64,000 bases of DNA from a virus. How positions within the stretch are numbered: position 1 is the stretch's first letter; each line of letters opens with the position of its first letter. The stretch lies in the IMG/VR virus record IMGVR_UViG_3300048919_000265. One strand, given 5' to 3'. The notes beneath the pieces are model-generated. The model saw nothing but the letters and a program-made list of their open reading frames with translations. It was not told the origin of the DNA and did not search any database. The position numbers and the translations under genes are program-made. Positions 9,486 to 19,629 of this stretch are shown piece by piece.

Positions 9486-12398
9486 CTACCATTCGCGGAA
9501 ATACTTTAAGTCGTCCTTTAAAGTATGCTGTAAATTGAACCATATTACTTCTCCATGGTTCACACCTAATCCTAACAAGTCTTTACCAGTAGGGCGATTC
9601 TTACCATAAGCATTTAGTTGACTAGTGCCCCACATATTCTGTGCAGCCCAACGATCCTCCATAAAGGTATATCTGAGTGGCAAGCTATGCCCTTCTCTGT
9701 ATCCTTCAATAGTGAATGTTACCAATTCTTTATATTTGCTCATATTAGTACCCTTAGCTAAATCCAACTTTCGTCCCTTTAACACGAACTTAGTAGTTGG
9801 AGGTAAAAACGTCCTATGCATGATTGTCTTATACCTATCTGGATCTGTATCACTCTCGTACATTGGAAGGATTACCTTATTCAAATCTACTGTAGCCTCA
9901 TACAATTTCCTCTTACCAGCATTAACCTGATCGCTAAACGTCACTAGGTCAGCCTCGCCTGAATACTCACTATCAGGCAGTTTTATAAACTTCCCTTTTG
10001 CATCTTCTACAAACACATCATGGAAAGAAGTTATCACACCATTCTTATCAATACCATGATAATCCATCTTCAGCACAATCTTGTCTTTCTCACCATCAAA
10101 ACCTACCACATCAAACTTATAATCTGCTCCATACCCAAGGCTTACATTCTTGCCTTGCTTATTGCTGTAGATTGGCATATCCATCGTACCAATTCCATTA
10201 GTTTTCAACCCGGTCTCTTCGCCTGTAGGAGACATAAACAAACTCTTCCATGAAAAATCGGCAACACTGTTAACCCGAAGATTCTTTATCTTATTAATAA
10301 ATATCTTCGGACTAACAGTCTGTGTCACATTCCCCGCACGATCTGTTTGCTTGATATGAAGATACCAAGTCCCTTCCTTCATATCATCATAATCTGTAGC
10401 CTGAAACTTATCATACTGATCCTTACTGTCAATGTTCAAAGAAACCCATTCCGACATCTGGTTAGACCCAGTCGCATAATCTGGAGTCCCAACCGGAATC
10501 TCATTCCATTCACCTTTCCAGCCATTAACTGCATACTTCGTTAAAACTGGACTTTTACTCCAACTAAATTCCGTTTTAACTACCCCACTAAGCTCGTCAC
10601 CAACCCTGATCTTAACGGTATTATTTTTAGCCACAATATAATCAAACTTACCTTGATCATCTATTCCGCCGTTACCTAACTGAAATTCTGCTGGATACGG
10701 GTTAATTGCATCATACCTGTAATCAGTGTAGACGTACGTCTGCGGTCCATCAGGTAAAATCTCAGGCCACCCAGCCCAATCTCCTAACGTCGTCTTTATA
10801 ACATACACACCCTGCTGTGCAATAGTAATAATTGGATTCCAAAGCTTATCCTTGTCGTTAGCCGTGGCGTTCATGTTACCGTCACCGTAGTAACTAATGT
10901 TGGTAACATCGTACTTAGTGCCAAAGAATCCAGACACATTATCAGTATCTTTAATATTCACCACAATAGGCTGATTAGTCCAATCCTTCTTGGTAATATT
11001 AATCGTATGAATTGGTTTGGTCTTATCAACTCTGTAAATACCTGAATCCCCTGTAATTGGTGGCGGAGTTGCGGGCCTATCAGGCTTAATAGCTGTTGTT
11101 CTAGGCGGAAGAATCCATGTTTCCTCACCGGGAAGCCACTGCACTTCCCCATGCAATTTCATGTTACCATCTTCTTTAGTAATCACAACATTATTAATTC
11201 CCTCGGCATCTCCAGTAATCTTGATATGATCAATATCAGCTTCCTGCACCCAGATATATTTCACGATAACAGGACGATAGCAAGTATCATCTATACCACA
11301 CCTGTATGCTTGTTCCCCTATAACATTCTTTGAATACCTGACTGGCTGATAATTCACGACATATGCGTGGACCGGCACATCTTTACGACTCCAGTCCCTG
11401 ACAATTGGGGGTTGCATCCCCATGGTGTTTTCAGGATCAAATTTAATTTGCCCATATCCACCTATACTCGTATCCCCACCAGGAAGTAGCTCTCCTACAG
11501 CGATAGTAACGGTATCCATTAACACGTAAGGCCCGGTTGTAAACTTGACGGTAACCTTAGCTGTTCCTTTTGCTTTTGCGTAAATTTCACCTTGGTACCC
11601 AACTGTTACTATGTTACTATCGGAAGTACTCCAGGTGGTAGTGGGACGATAGGTAACGTCCACTTTACCAGTGCTTGGTTGATAACCCGTAGTGGTGACA
11701 AAGGCTTCCAACTGTCCGGTATCCCCCACCTTCACTTCTTGATCTTTCAGCAACTCTATTTCTTTGGTTTGTTTTACTGTACCTTTCCAGCCTAACGTCA
11801 TAGGTATATCGTAACCCACTAACCACTTAGGTTGCCCGTTTGGTCTATTCTTTGATGTCTTATCTTGATGGTCCCAATTAGGTCCTCCAGTAGCAACATT
11901 GATATCAATATATTCTCCATTGCCAGACCACACGTTAGGTGCCGTATCTTCTGGTTTATGATTATAATTACCAGGCTTCCATTCAGAACTACCGGCGGAA
12001 ATCATCGCGTCTAGTATATCCCCACGAGCATACTTTGTTTTATTGGCATCTAAAAACTCCACAGGCTTGTAAGGAGACATATCAATTACAGAGCGCATAT
12101 ACGTCTGACCAGAAGGATACGGATCCGAATTATCTCCACCCATAGGAGCGAATACTTTCGAACCCGCTTTTTCTGACTCCGCTGTGAAAGAACCATCATC
12201 CAACTGCGTCCAATAAATAGCTGGATTGGCTGGTGATATACCAAGGACTGGTATAGTTAGGGTTTGTTTTTGCCCTTCTGCAGGTTCTATAGTTGCAGGA
12301 CCGGGACCCGCAATTGCTGCTTGAGAATCACTAGTCCTTAGCACTATAACACTTAGTGTAAATAATATCCCCATTAATAAGACTTTATGATACTTCAT
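9486..12398 (-). CDS. Large secreted protein with Ig-like (Big_2-type) and D-x-x-G-N type repeats; candidate Tad-associated adhesin
   Basis: Signal peptide; TWSTSDSNIVTV..G.I.AKAKGTAKVTV Big_2 pattern; DKTKP and TDRAGN repeats. Confidence 0.65.
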   Translation of the reverse strand: MKYHKVLLMGILFTLSVIVLRTSDSQAAIAGPGPATIEPAEGQKQTLTIPVLGISPANPAIYWTQLDDGSFTAESEKAGSKVFAPMGGDNSDPYPSGQTYMRSVIDMSPYKPVEFLDANKTKYARGDILDAMISAGSSEWKPGNYNHKPEDTAPNVWSGNGEYIDINVATGGPNWDHQDKTSKNRPNGQPKWLVGYDIPMTLGWKGTVKQTKEIELLKDQEVKVGDTGQLEAFVTTTGYQPSTGKVDVTYRPTTTWSTSDSNIVTVGYQGEIYAKAKGTAKVTVKFTTGPYVLMDTVTIAVGELLPGGDTSIGGYGQIKFDPENTMGMQPPIVRDWSRKDVPVHAYVVNYQPVRYSKNVIGEQAYRCGIDDTCYRPVIVKYIWVQEADIDHIKITGDAEGINNVVITKEDGNMKLHGEVQWLPGEETWILPPRTTAIKPDRPATPPPITGDSGIYRVDKTKPIHTINITKKDWTNQPIVVNIKDTDNVSGFFGTKYDVTNISYYGDGNMNATANDKDKLWNPIITIAQQGVYVIKTTLGDWAGWPEILPDGPQTYVYTDYRYDAINPYPAEFQLGNGGIDDQGKFDYIVAKNNTVKIRVGDELSGVVKTEFSWSKSPVLTKYAVNGWKGEWNEIPVGTPDYATGSNQMSEWVSLNIDSKDQYDKFQATDYDDMKEGTWYLHIKQTDRAGNVTQTVSPKIFINKIKNLRVNSVADFSWKSLFMSPTGEETGLKTNGIGTMDMPIYSNKQGKNVSLGYGADYKFDVVGFDGEKDKIVLKMDYHGIDKNGVITSFHDVFVEDAKGKFIKLPDSEYSGEADLVTFSDQVNAGKRKLYEATVDLNKVILPMYESDTDPDRYKTIMHRTFLPPTTKFVLKGRKLDLAKGTNMSKYKELVTFTIEGYREGHSLPLRYTFMEDRWAAQNMWGTSQLNAYGKNRPTGKDLLGLGVNHGEVIWFNLQHTLKDDLKYFREW

Positions 12399-13661
12399 TT
12401 ATTTACTTAATTCAAAGATAGCAGAGGTAGAAGTTACGCCAGCAACTACTGCTCTGTTTTTATCCAACAACACAGGTGACCAAACATCTCTCTTCACACC
12501 AGCTTTGAAAAGGTCACTTGTTTTCTCATAAGGGGAATCATTACCACCGTAGCGTGCGGGAACGGCAATATAACCATACAATTTAGGCAAAGTCAGATCT
12601 TTGCTAGTGCGACCGGTGATATTAGCGGCGCTATTTGTAAACGTATTCGAAGTTACTAAATCTTTATTAGCTGTGTACTGCACATTAGACCAAGCAGTGT
12701 ATGCAGTTTGGATTGGATACTTAGGAAACATCTTCGCATAAACACTAGTTGGTTTTGCATTATAAGTATCGATCACAATATAATGCTGCAACGAAAGTTT
12801 ACCGCTATAATTTTCGGCATTCATTTCCTTACCAATAATATTTGCAATCGATAATTCTTTACCGGTTGCTCCGCTTTTACCCCAAGTTGCCCCTGCCAAC
12901 GTCACCATATTAGTACCCGTCGTACCGACTTCTCGTAGCTCGTTCAAAGCCTGGAAACTACTTGCTTCTTTGCCTTCAGCAGCCATATATCTATACAGCA
13001 TACTTACCATCTCTGCACGTGTTACATTACCTTGCGCATTAAAGTTACCATTTTGATCCCCATTCATAACTCCCGTACCAATCAAAATACCAGCATTAAC
13101 TTTATCCCTAGAACTCAACCCGCCTTTGAAATTTTCAGCCACTGGTACGATGGTATTAGCCAAATCAGCATCGACATTTTCATATCCAGCACCATTAGCT
13201 TTCAATCCATTCACCAACCACTGTGCCACTTCTGCACGGGTCATAGCTTCATTTGGATGAAAGTTATCACCGTAACTCGCAGCATTCACAAATCCCTTTG
13301 CTACTGCTTGTGTAATAGCGTCATGTGCCCAATGCTTCGCAGTCACATCGTAAAACACATCACCTTGTCCATCTACTTTACTCTTCGTAGCACGTGTAAT
13401 AATACTCGCAAATTCTGCGCGAGTCACTACTCCATTCGGTTTAAAACTAGCATCCTGATAACCCTTAACATAACCGTCTGAAATAGCTTTAGTAATCTCT
13501 GTTTTCGCCCAATGATTACTAATGTCTTTAAAGCTAGCTGCATCTACTTGTGCCGCACCTGCAATAACCCCAGCTGCTACGGTAAATGCCATCATACCTG
13601 CCATTACCTTTTTCTCCATTGTTCCAAACACTCCCATAATTTTAGTCATCCTATTATCCAC
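12399..13661 (-). CDS. S-layer homology (SLH) domain surface protein
   Basis: Signal peptide then three SLH repeats (FKDISNHWAK, VTRAEFA, MTRAEVA, VTRAEMV). Confidence 0.9.
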   Translation of the reverse strand: MDNRMTKIMGVFGTMEKKVMAGMMAFTVAAGVIAGAAQVDAASFKDISNHWAKTEITKAISDGYVKGYQDASFKPNGVVTRAEFASIITRATKSKVDGQGDVFYDVTAKHWAHDAITQAVAKGFVNAASYGDNFHPNEAMTRAEVAQWLVNGLKANGAGYENVDADLANTIVPVAENFKGGLSSRDKVNAGILIGTGVMNGDQNGNFNAQGNVTRAEMVSMLYRYMAAEGKEASSFQALNELREVGTTGTNMVTLAGATWGKSGATGKELSIANIIGKEMNAENYSGKLSLQHYIVIDTYNAKPTSVYAKMFPKYPIQTAYTAWSNVQYTANKDLVTSNTFTNSAANITGRTSKDLTLPKLYGYIAVPARYGGNDSPYEKTSDLFKAGVKRDVWSPVLLDKNRAVVAGVTSTSAIFELSK

Positions 13662-13685
13662 CCTTCAAATTTTTGATCAACCCTG

Positions 13686-13716
13686 AAAAAGACGTAGCAC
13701 ATCCTCCTTCGTCTTT
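13686..13716 (-). terminator. Probable intrinsic terminator after vapC
   Basis: Minus strand aagacg...cgtctt followed by a T-run. Confidence 0.55.
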
Positions 13717-13717
13717 A

Positions 13718-14137
13718 CTAAAACAAATCCATTTCTTCCAACTTCCTAAAATTAATAACGTCAATGCCATACTCTTTACCAAAAGATAAATCCGAATCAG
13801 CGGTAACTAGGGCACAATCATGTACTATAGCCGTTGCCAAAATCAAAGCATCCGGAGTTTTTAATCTTCTACCAACTAACTCTTTCTGTTTCCGTCTTAT
13901 TCTACCTGCAAGACGAGCTATTTCAGAAGTCACTTCAAAAAACTCTATGTCCGATAAAAAAGAAAAATCCTGTAGGTTTGTGTCTAAACCTATACCTGAT
14001 ACAAATTCTGACTCAGTTACTACTGAACAGAATACGGCAGCTTGTGCGTTCATTCTCAATAATCGTATAATCCCACTATCTGCATTCCCTAATCCTATCA
14101 GAGCATTAGTATCCAAAAGTATCTTTCTCAATCCCAA
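13718..14137 (-). CDS. vapC: PIN-domain (VapC-like) ribonuclease toxin
   Basis: ILLDTNALI, SVVTESEF, KTPDALILATA, LVTADSDL acidic tetrad; ends LEEMDLF. Confidence 0.9.
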   Translation of the reverse strand: MGLRKILLDTNALIGLGNADSGIIRLLRMNAQAAVFCSVVTESEFVSGIGLDTNLQDFSFLSDIEFFEVTSEIARLAGRIRRKQKELVGRRLKTPDALILATAIVHDCALVTADSDLSFGKEYGIDVINFRKLEEMDLF

Positions 14138-14394
14138 CCGTCCCTACCCTCTCTCACGCTTTCTTCAATCTTCTGTATATCACCAGGCTTTAATTCACCT
14201 GGTAACTTCAGCAATGCTCGCACGCTTGGGGACATCTTTACCCATTCATCTTCGGGTATTACTGGGATCTTAGAAGCGGCTATTTCTTCCACCGTTTCTT
14301 TATCCACATCCAATGACAGCTTCCCCTTAATGCCAGCCTTCTTCAATAAGGCAAACAAGTTCTTTTTGGTTTCTTCATTTAAAGTCTTAGCCAT
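14128..14394 (-). CDS. Putative VapB-like antitoxin
   Basis: 88 aa, directly upstream of and overlapping the PIN gene. Confidence 0.6.
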   Translation of the reverse strand: MAKTLNEETKKNLFALLKKAGIKGKLSLDVDKETVEEIAASKIPVIPEDEWVKMSPSVRALLKLPGELKPGDIQKIEESVREGRDGWD

Positions 14395-14436
14395 CGTTAG
14401 CTACTCCCTTCTTGTCTAAGCCGCCTCATCAAGTCG

Positions 14437-14598
14437 TTAATCTTCCCTGTCCTCTTCCAAGAACTTTAACAGTTTCGTCTCTTCTTACTTAGTTAAACAC
14501 CCAGAATTTTCTAACAAGATCCTAGAAGATCTATCTTTTATGTGAGAAAAATCTTTCCGCTGTGTTTCGTTAGTGACTGCTTCGTCAGAGAGATCCAA
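14437..14598 (-). pseudogene. Small ORF remnant with an internal TAA
   Basis: TTG start, 54 codons, in-frame stop at 14485-14487. Confidence 0.3.
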
Positions 14599-14614
14599 TA
14601 TAATCCCGCCTTCC

Positions 14615-15337
14615 TTAAACTATTTCACCATTTCGATTGAGTAAATTTCGCTCAACTTCCAGTGCATCTTTTAAATATTTAGCTAATCCCTTCACATCAT
14701 CATTTCGTAAACAATCGAGATACTCTGCTTTGGTCGCCACATTAATAACAACAGGTGCACAACCTTCATGCAACAACACCCAATTAATCAACAATCTTCC
14801 TGTCCTACCATTCCCATCAGGGTAAGGATGTACCTTTTCAAACTCCAAATGAAACCATGCGACAGCCTCTAGCAAATCCTCTTCTGACTCAACGTACTTT
14901 AATCTACCATCCATCAGATTACTGATCAAATACTGCATCTCTGTAGGAACTTTTTCCGGTGCAGTAGTTAGTCGACTACCCACAATATTCTGAGTTCTTT
15001 TAAATGCACCAGCTTCTCCGTCAATATTTGTCATAACTAGTTTATGAATATTATGAATAACCGATATACTCAAGTCCAACTTACACACTTCCAATACGTA
15101 ATTCCAAGCTGCTTTTAGATTCTGCAGTTCATTAACTTCTCGTAAAGAAACTGGTCTACTGAACACTGGCACAAATCCATCCACTAACAACACTTGTGTT
15201 TCGGATTCTGTAACAGTATTTCCTTCAATAGCAGCCGAACTATGAACAGATCTCACCAAGAAGCTTTCTAAATACTGCGTATCTTCTTTAATCAGTTCGA
15301 CCAAATCTTTTTTATTAAACGCATCCATAGGTATCAC
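14615..15337 (-). CDS. fic: Fic-domain protein (AMPylase-type)
   Basis: Canonical HPYPDGNGRTGR motif; SAAIEGN inhibitory-helix-like motif near the N-terminus. Confidence 0.92.
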   Translation of the reverse strand: MIPMDAFNKKDLVELIKEDTQYLESFLVRSVHSSAAIEGNTVTESETQVLLVDGFVPVFSRPVSLREVNELQNLKAAWNYVLEVCKLDLSISVIHNIHKLVMTNIDGEAGAFKRTQNIVGSRLTTAPEKVPTEMQYLISNLMDGRLKYVESEEDLLEAVAWFHLEFEKVHPYPDGNGRTGRLLINWVLLHEGCAPVVINVATKAEYLDCLRNDDVKGLAKYLKDALEVERNLLNRNGEIV

Positions 15338-15518
15338 GCATATTCCTCCCTAATGATCCTGCATTAACTCTATAGTAACGAGGAAACTTCCCCATCACTA
15401 ACAATTAACGCATATCTTGCTGAACCCAATCTCTTACCCTTACTTCCAATTCACAGTTTAATAATCTGGAACTTTGTAAAGTTCAGGTTGTAGACTTTCG
15501 CAGAAATCTCTATTTATG

Positions 15519-15908
15519 TTACCATAAACGGGGATGGACATCTTTACAAGTCAGCTCCTCACCTTCGAATCTTAACCACACATAGTCATCATATAAAACT
15601 CCATGTGTCTTTTTAACAATTTCGTTCGGATTATACTCTTCTAATCCTAATGCTTTTAACAATTTGTCGGCATGATGTCTCGATCGAGGAAAACAGCGTG
15701 ATTCAAGGTAATCAACAACATCAAACAAGGTTACAGTATCTTTAGTAGGAAACGGCAGAAACACAGGATCAACCGCTTTATCTTGCCAAACATTAACCTT
15801 TTTATTAGTGTAATCTACTTCTACCCGAGCAATAACATCATCTTTCTCCAAGACCTCGAATTTAAGCGAAGGAGGTTTAAAAAAGTTCATGCCTTTCACA
15901 CCTACCAC
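15519..15908 (-). CDS. Stand-alone HipA N-terminal-like (HipS-like) protein
   Basis: YLESRCFPRSR...LLKALGLEEYNP.EIVKKTHG...DDYVWL; paralogous to 38374-38907. Confidence 0.6.
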   Translation of the reverse strand: MVGVKGMNFFKPPSLKFEVLEKDDVIARVEVDYTNKKVNVWQDKAVDPVFLPFPTKDTVTLFDVVDYLESRCFPRSRHHADKLLKALGLEEYNPNEIVKKTHGVLYDDYVWLRFEGEELTCKDVHPRLW

Positions 15909-15914
15909 TCCTTT

Positions 15915-16364
15915 CTAACTTAGTTCCCTTTCTAACCTTGAAACAAAATTCCATACAAACTTTTGACAAATCTGCAACATATGGTAAGACTTCCATCCCC
16001 ACAGTTTTTCCATTGGCCTAAAGTCCCTTTTAAGATTAACTGAAGCTAGCTTTTCCTCCGAGATTATGAATAGCTGCTGGGTGTAGTACGAATTATACAA
16101 CAAGTGATCGTCCATGAAATACAAGATTTGTGAACCCAGTACTGCGTAATCTTTCCAGCCTTTCTGAATATACTCACCTAATCTCTCATCCAATAACCAC
16201 ATAAAATATTTTGTACATTCCACTCTCTCGTTCCATGACTCTGAAAAAACCACATCCAACTCCTGTGAACTTGAAACCCTATCCTCACCCAACCTAGCCA
16301 GATAGGAATCACAGTATTGAGTAAGATACTTCAGTATCTGTTCATCACTCAAAAGTTTCCCCAT
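15915..16364 (-). CDS. Hypothetical protein
   Basis: Co-oriented, overlaps the upstream gene by 1 nt. Confidence 0.6.
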   Translation of the reverse strand: MGKLLSDEQILKYLTQYCDSYLARLGEDRVSSSQELDVVFSESWNERVECTKYFMWLLDERLGEYIQKGWKDYAVLGSQILYFMDDHLLYNSYYTQQLFIISEEKLASVNLKRDFRPMEKLWGWKSYHMLQICQKFVWNFVSRLERELS

Positions 16365-16972
16365 TAATCGAACATCCTATCATTCCCAGAATCATATCTT
16401 TCTCCTAACACACTATGGTATGAGCTATCTATTACATAATAGCTTCCACCATATCCGTCCCTAAACTTAGGATAATACCTCTTAAAATCTTCTCGACTCA
16501 CTAACCCTTTCTGAAACAACATCTTTACATCATCAATATCCTTATCCAATCCCCTGCCTAATTTAACTAAAGCGACATCCAACGCTCCCAATGAAAAAAC
16601 AGTAACTTTTCTAAACTCCGCAATAACATTCAATCTGTCCTTGTAATCAGGCATTAAAAACAATATCCCCTCATTCACTACTTGAATGGCATATTTAGAC
16701 GACGCCAAAGACTGCACTGTATTTAAGATATCTATGTCTTCAGTCTTCCTGTCTAGATTATAACCCAATATCAAAGAGGAAGCACCTATCACAATAATCT
16801 CAGACCTAATCCCTATCTCTCGACTAAACTGCTCTAACCGATTAAGGATCTCTTCTTTATCTAGATCCTTGCTGTGATTGAAAAAATTCATCTCATTCAT
16901 CGAGTATAACACCCTTTCGATCTGAAATAAGACAACACTGTGGATCACTAAGTATAATGCGCATCTAAACAC
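16364..16972 (-). CDS. DUF6036-like nucleotidyltransferase (true start probably downstream, MNEMNFF)
   Basis: IIVIGASSL...RKTEDIDIL (G[GA]...DxD) and KL.R...KDIDD motifs. Confidence 0.7.
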   Translation of the reverse strand: MFRCALYLVIHSVVLFQIERVLYSMNEMNFFNHSKDLDKEEILNRLEQFSREIGIRSEIIVIGASSLILGYNLDRKTEDIDILNTVQSLASSKYAIQVVNEGILFLMPDYKDRLNVIAEFRKVTVFSLGALDVALVKLGRGLDKDIDDVKMLFQKGLVSREDFKRYYPKFRDGYGGSYYVIDSSYHSVLGERYDSGNDRMFD

Positions 16973-16987
16973 ATACTGTCAAGATAT

Positions 16988-17212
16988 TTACTCAACTTCA
17001 TATCCAAGTATCAACATTTTAGCAAATTCTAATGGTGGAATATTATTTAAAACTTCCAACTCCTGCGTAAAGGTAGATTTCATTCTAATACCATTACCAG
17101 AAAAACTCTTACAGTGTCCAATTAAGTCGAACTGCTTAGACCATTTATCTTTTCCTAGTTTATCTAGTGCAACGGCTATCTCTTTATTAACCTTGACTTT
17201 CATAGTCGTCAC
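16988..17212 (-). CDS. Small DUF1642-like phage/plasmid protein
   Basis: KVKV..EIA...GYEVE pattern. Confidence 0.5.
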   Translation of the reverse strand: MTTMKVKVNKEIAVALDKLGKDKWSKQFDLIGHCKSFSGNGIRMKSTFTQELEVLNNIPPLEFAKMLILGYEVE

Positions 17213-17273
17213 CTTTCTTTAGGTAAAATCATACTTTGTCTCAAATAATATTAGCACTGACTCTGCGATCCCA

Positions 17274-17933
17274 TTAGAATAGATTCATGTTACCACTATC
17301 CGAACAATTTCCTAGTTTCTGTATAGCTTCTAAGTTTTTCTTTGCACGTTCCTTATTAAAAGTCCAAGAAGTCCAAGGACATTTAGAGTACATTTCGTAG
17401 TCCTCACTTTCGAGACTTTGTTTAACTAAGGTAAGAACATCTCCACCACAGTCAATGTATGCTAAGAACAACTTACACACCAATTCATCTGTATCCCACA
17501 TACTTAATAAGGATAACCAAATATCCCTAACTGGAATGATAGGTCCCATAGCTTCGTTCGTAAGTTGGAACTTATGATTTATAGAATATGCCAGTAAATA
17601 CTTACAATAAAGTTCTTCAACCTTCTCCGACATTGCCCCGGAAAGATCCAACTCCTCCGGAGATTTAAGGATAATTTCTTTAACATTTTCTGCTTTCATA
17701 ATCTTATAAATACCATCATTATCTGAAAGCATATAAGTCCCTTCATATGTCTCATCCACGGACCCCTCTATCACAGATCCCATAGTACTCCTTGGGGTCT
17801 TGGAAATAATCTCCGAAGGAACTATAGAAAAGTAACCAAACTCATCGTTGCTAATCCGTACATCATCATTTAGAATTACCTCTAAAATTAAGTGCGCATA
17901 ACTTCTGTATTCCAACAATTGTTCATTTTTCAT
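17274..17933 (-). CDS. Hypothetical protein ending in MxxF tag (NMNLF)
   Basis: 219-aa ORF with GAGGAG SD. Confidence 0.75.
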   Translation of the reverse strand: MKNEQLLEYRSYAHLILEVILNDDVRISNDEFGYFSIVPSEIISKTPRSTMGSVIEGSVDETYEGTYMLSDNDGIYKIMKAENVKEIILKSPEELDLSGAMSEKVEELYCKYLLAYSINHKFQLTNEAMGPIIPVRDIWLSLLSMWDTDELVCKLFLAYIDCGGDVLTLVKQSLESEDYEMYSKCPWTSWTFNKERAKKNLEAIQKLGNCSDSGNMNLF

Positions 17934-17974
17934 GATAAATTCTCCTCAATTTTCTTAGGTTTATTTCTATCTCT

Positions 17975-18188
17975 TCAATGGGTAATTATTAATAACTCCA
18001 CTGATTCCCCAATACTCTATTGGCGAACCTAGCGATCAAAACAATTTCATCTTTTTCATTTACTAACCTGCTTTACCTATATAAGAAGAAGTCCAAAAAG
18101 CTCCAATAGACTTACTTTCATTTGTTATATCTATATTTCTCTTCACCAAGGGTCTTTGTAAAGAAACATGTAGCTGAGGTCTCAACAT
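17975..18188 (-). pseudogene. Collapsed gene remnant (MLRPQLHVSLQ...GAFWTSSY)
   Basis: GGAG SD, ATG, early stop, continuation in another frame. Confidence 0.3.
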
Positions 18189-18210
18189 ACTTACATCTCC
18201 TTTCACACAG

Positions 18211-19170
18211 CTAAAATTTATTCAAGGATCGCATTGATTCTTTGGGTTCTACTTTGAATACCTTCTCGAATTCTTCTCTCACCGTTTTAATAGTTTCCAA
18301 GGTTTCTTCTGATCCTTCTTCGCTAGCAACAAATTGTTCCTGCACCTTCAACCATTCATAAAAATGAGAAAGCTTGCCTTCTAAATCCTCAGGTATACTT
18401 CCTTTTGCAGCTTCAATTGCGATATCTATTCTCGCTAATAGCTCTTCTCTAATTTTCTCAACTAAGTAATTAAACCTACCCACGGTCTCTATAGTAATTT
18501 GGCGTTTGTCCAAATAATCTAGTATCTCTTGGAACAAACCAACAACTTTATCATTATAATCAAACAATTTCAACTCTTTACCAAATACTTTTTCTTCTTT
18601 CATCTTGAAGCCATTAATACTACCTACAGCCATCAATAAATATTTAACTGCGGACAAGCCCGCCTGCTTCATTTCGATAAAATTATTCCCTGCCGAATAG
18701 TCTGTATAAAAATCATGATAAACTTTTATATATTCACTTGCTTTAACGGAAACCCTCATAACATCTTGCTTGGAGACTCTATCTTTAACGGGTATGACTA
18801 ATGGTTCGAAGAAATAGGGATTCAGCCTAACATTCAAGTATTCAACTATTTCAGCAAAATCCTCGGGCAAAGTTCCTACTATGTTCCTAGTACGGATATC
18901 CACTTCCCATTGTTCTACTTGTTTTATAGCTTCGTCCAAGTAACTTGGGAAATTGTCTTTCAAATACTCAATCCGATTACTCAGATTACCCGTAACAAAA
19001 GGAGAAGCGCCATGCTTCATCCTTAATGCTTTGATACGTAAATCGATAAACTTAATCAAGGATCGTACCCCAGGTGCTGCCATATCCGCACTTATAAAAC
19101 GCTTAACATCTTTCAAAACTTCATTAGATTTAACATACAAACTTTCCCATATCTCTGTAGAATTGCTCAT
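18211..19170 (-). CDS. Hypothetical helical protein ending MRSLNKF
   Basis: 319-aa ORF; no family recognised. Confidence 0.8.
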   Translation of the reverse strand: MSNSTEIWESLYVKSNEVLKDVKRFISADMAAPGVRSLIKFIDLRIKALRMKHGASPFVTGNLSNRIEYLKDNFPSYLDEAIKQVEQWEVDIRTRNIVGTLPEDFAEIVEYLNVRLNPYFFEPLVIPVKDRVSKQDVMRVSVKASEYIKVYHDFYTDYSAGNNFIEMKQAGLSAVKYLLMAVGSINGFKMKEEKVFGKELKLFDYNDKVVGLFQEILDYLDKRQITIETVGRFNYLVEKIREELLARIDIAIEAAKGSIPEDLEGKLSHFYEWLKVQEQFVASEEGSEETLETIKTVREEFEKVFKVEPKESMRSLNKF

Positions 19171-19272
19171 GACTGACCTCTTTCATAGTTGTGATCTAGT
19201 GCTGTATAGGAATTAAAACCCATCAATTTCATCAATCGAATAGTGATTTTTACCGTTACCTCCTAGTTTGGT

Positions 19273-19491
19273 TTACATATTCTTTTTCTTAATATGTGCT
19301 AGCGGAAACTTAGAAAAGTCAACCTTTTTCCGCAGCTGTTCTATTTCTATAGCTAATACCTTGTCACGTTTGCTTGGATTTCTTTCCTTAGTACTGGGTT
19401 CATTAACTATCACTTGCGAAGAAAGGAAAAATCTTACTTCAGGATCATTCTTCCTGCTCAGGAAATCACTAACTTTACCTGATTTGATCAT
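19273..19491 (-). CDS. Small hypothetical protein
   Basis: GGAGG SD, 72 aa. Confidence 0.55.
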   Translation of the reverse strand: MIKSGKVSDFLSRKNDPEVRFFLSSQVIVNEPSTKERNPSKRDKVLAIEIEQLRKKVDFSKFPLAHIKKKNM

Positions 19492-19629
19492 AACAAACCT
19501 CCGCTTTTTAATTAACCTTAACCTCTTAATCTTTCAGTTTAATATAGCATCAACTCTTACTTCTTGCAGGTTTCTATATTTCTTATATGTATTGAGAAAG
19601 GAGAAACAAACTCTCGCTTTCTCACCAAA

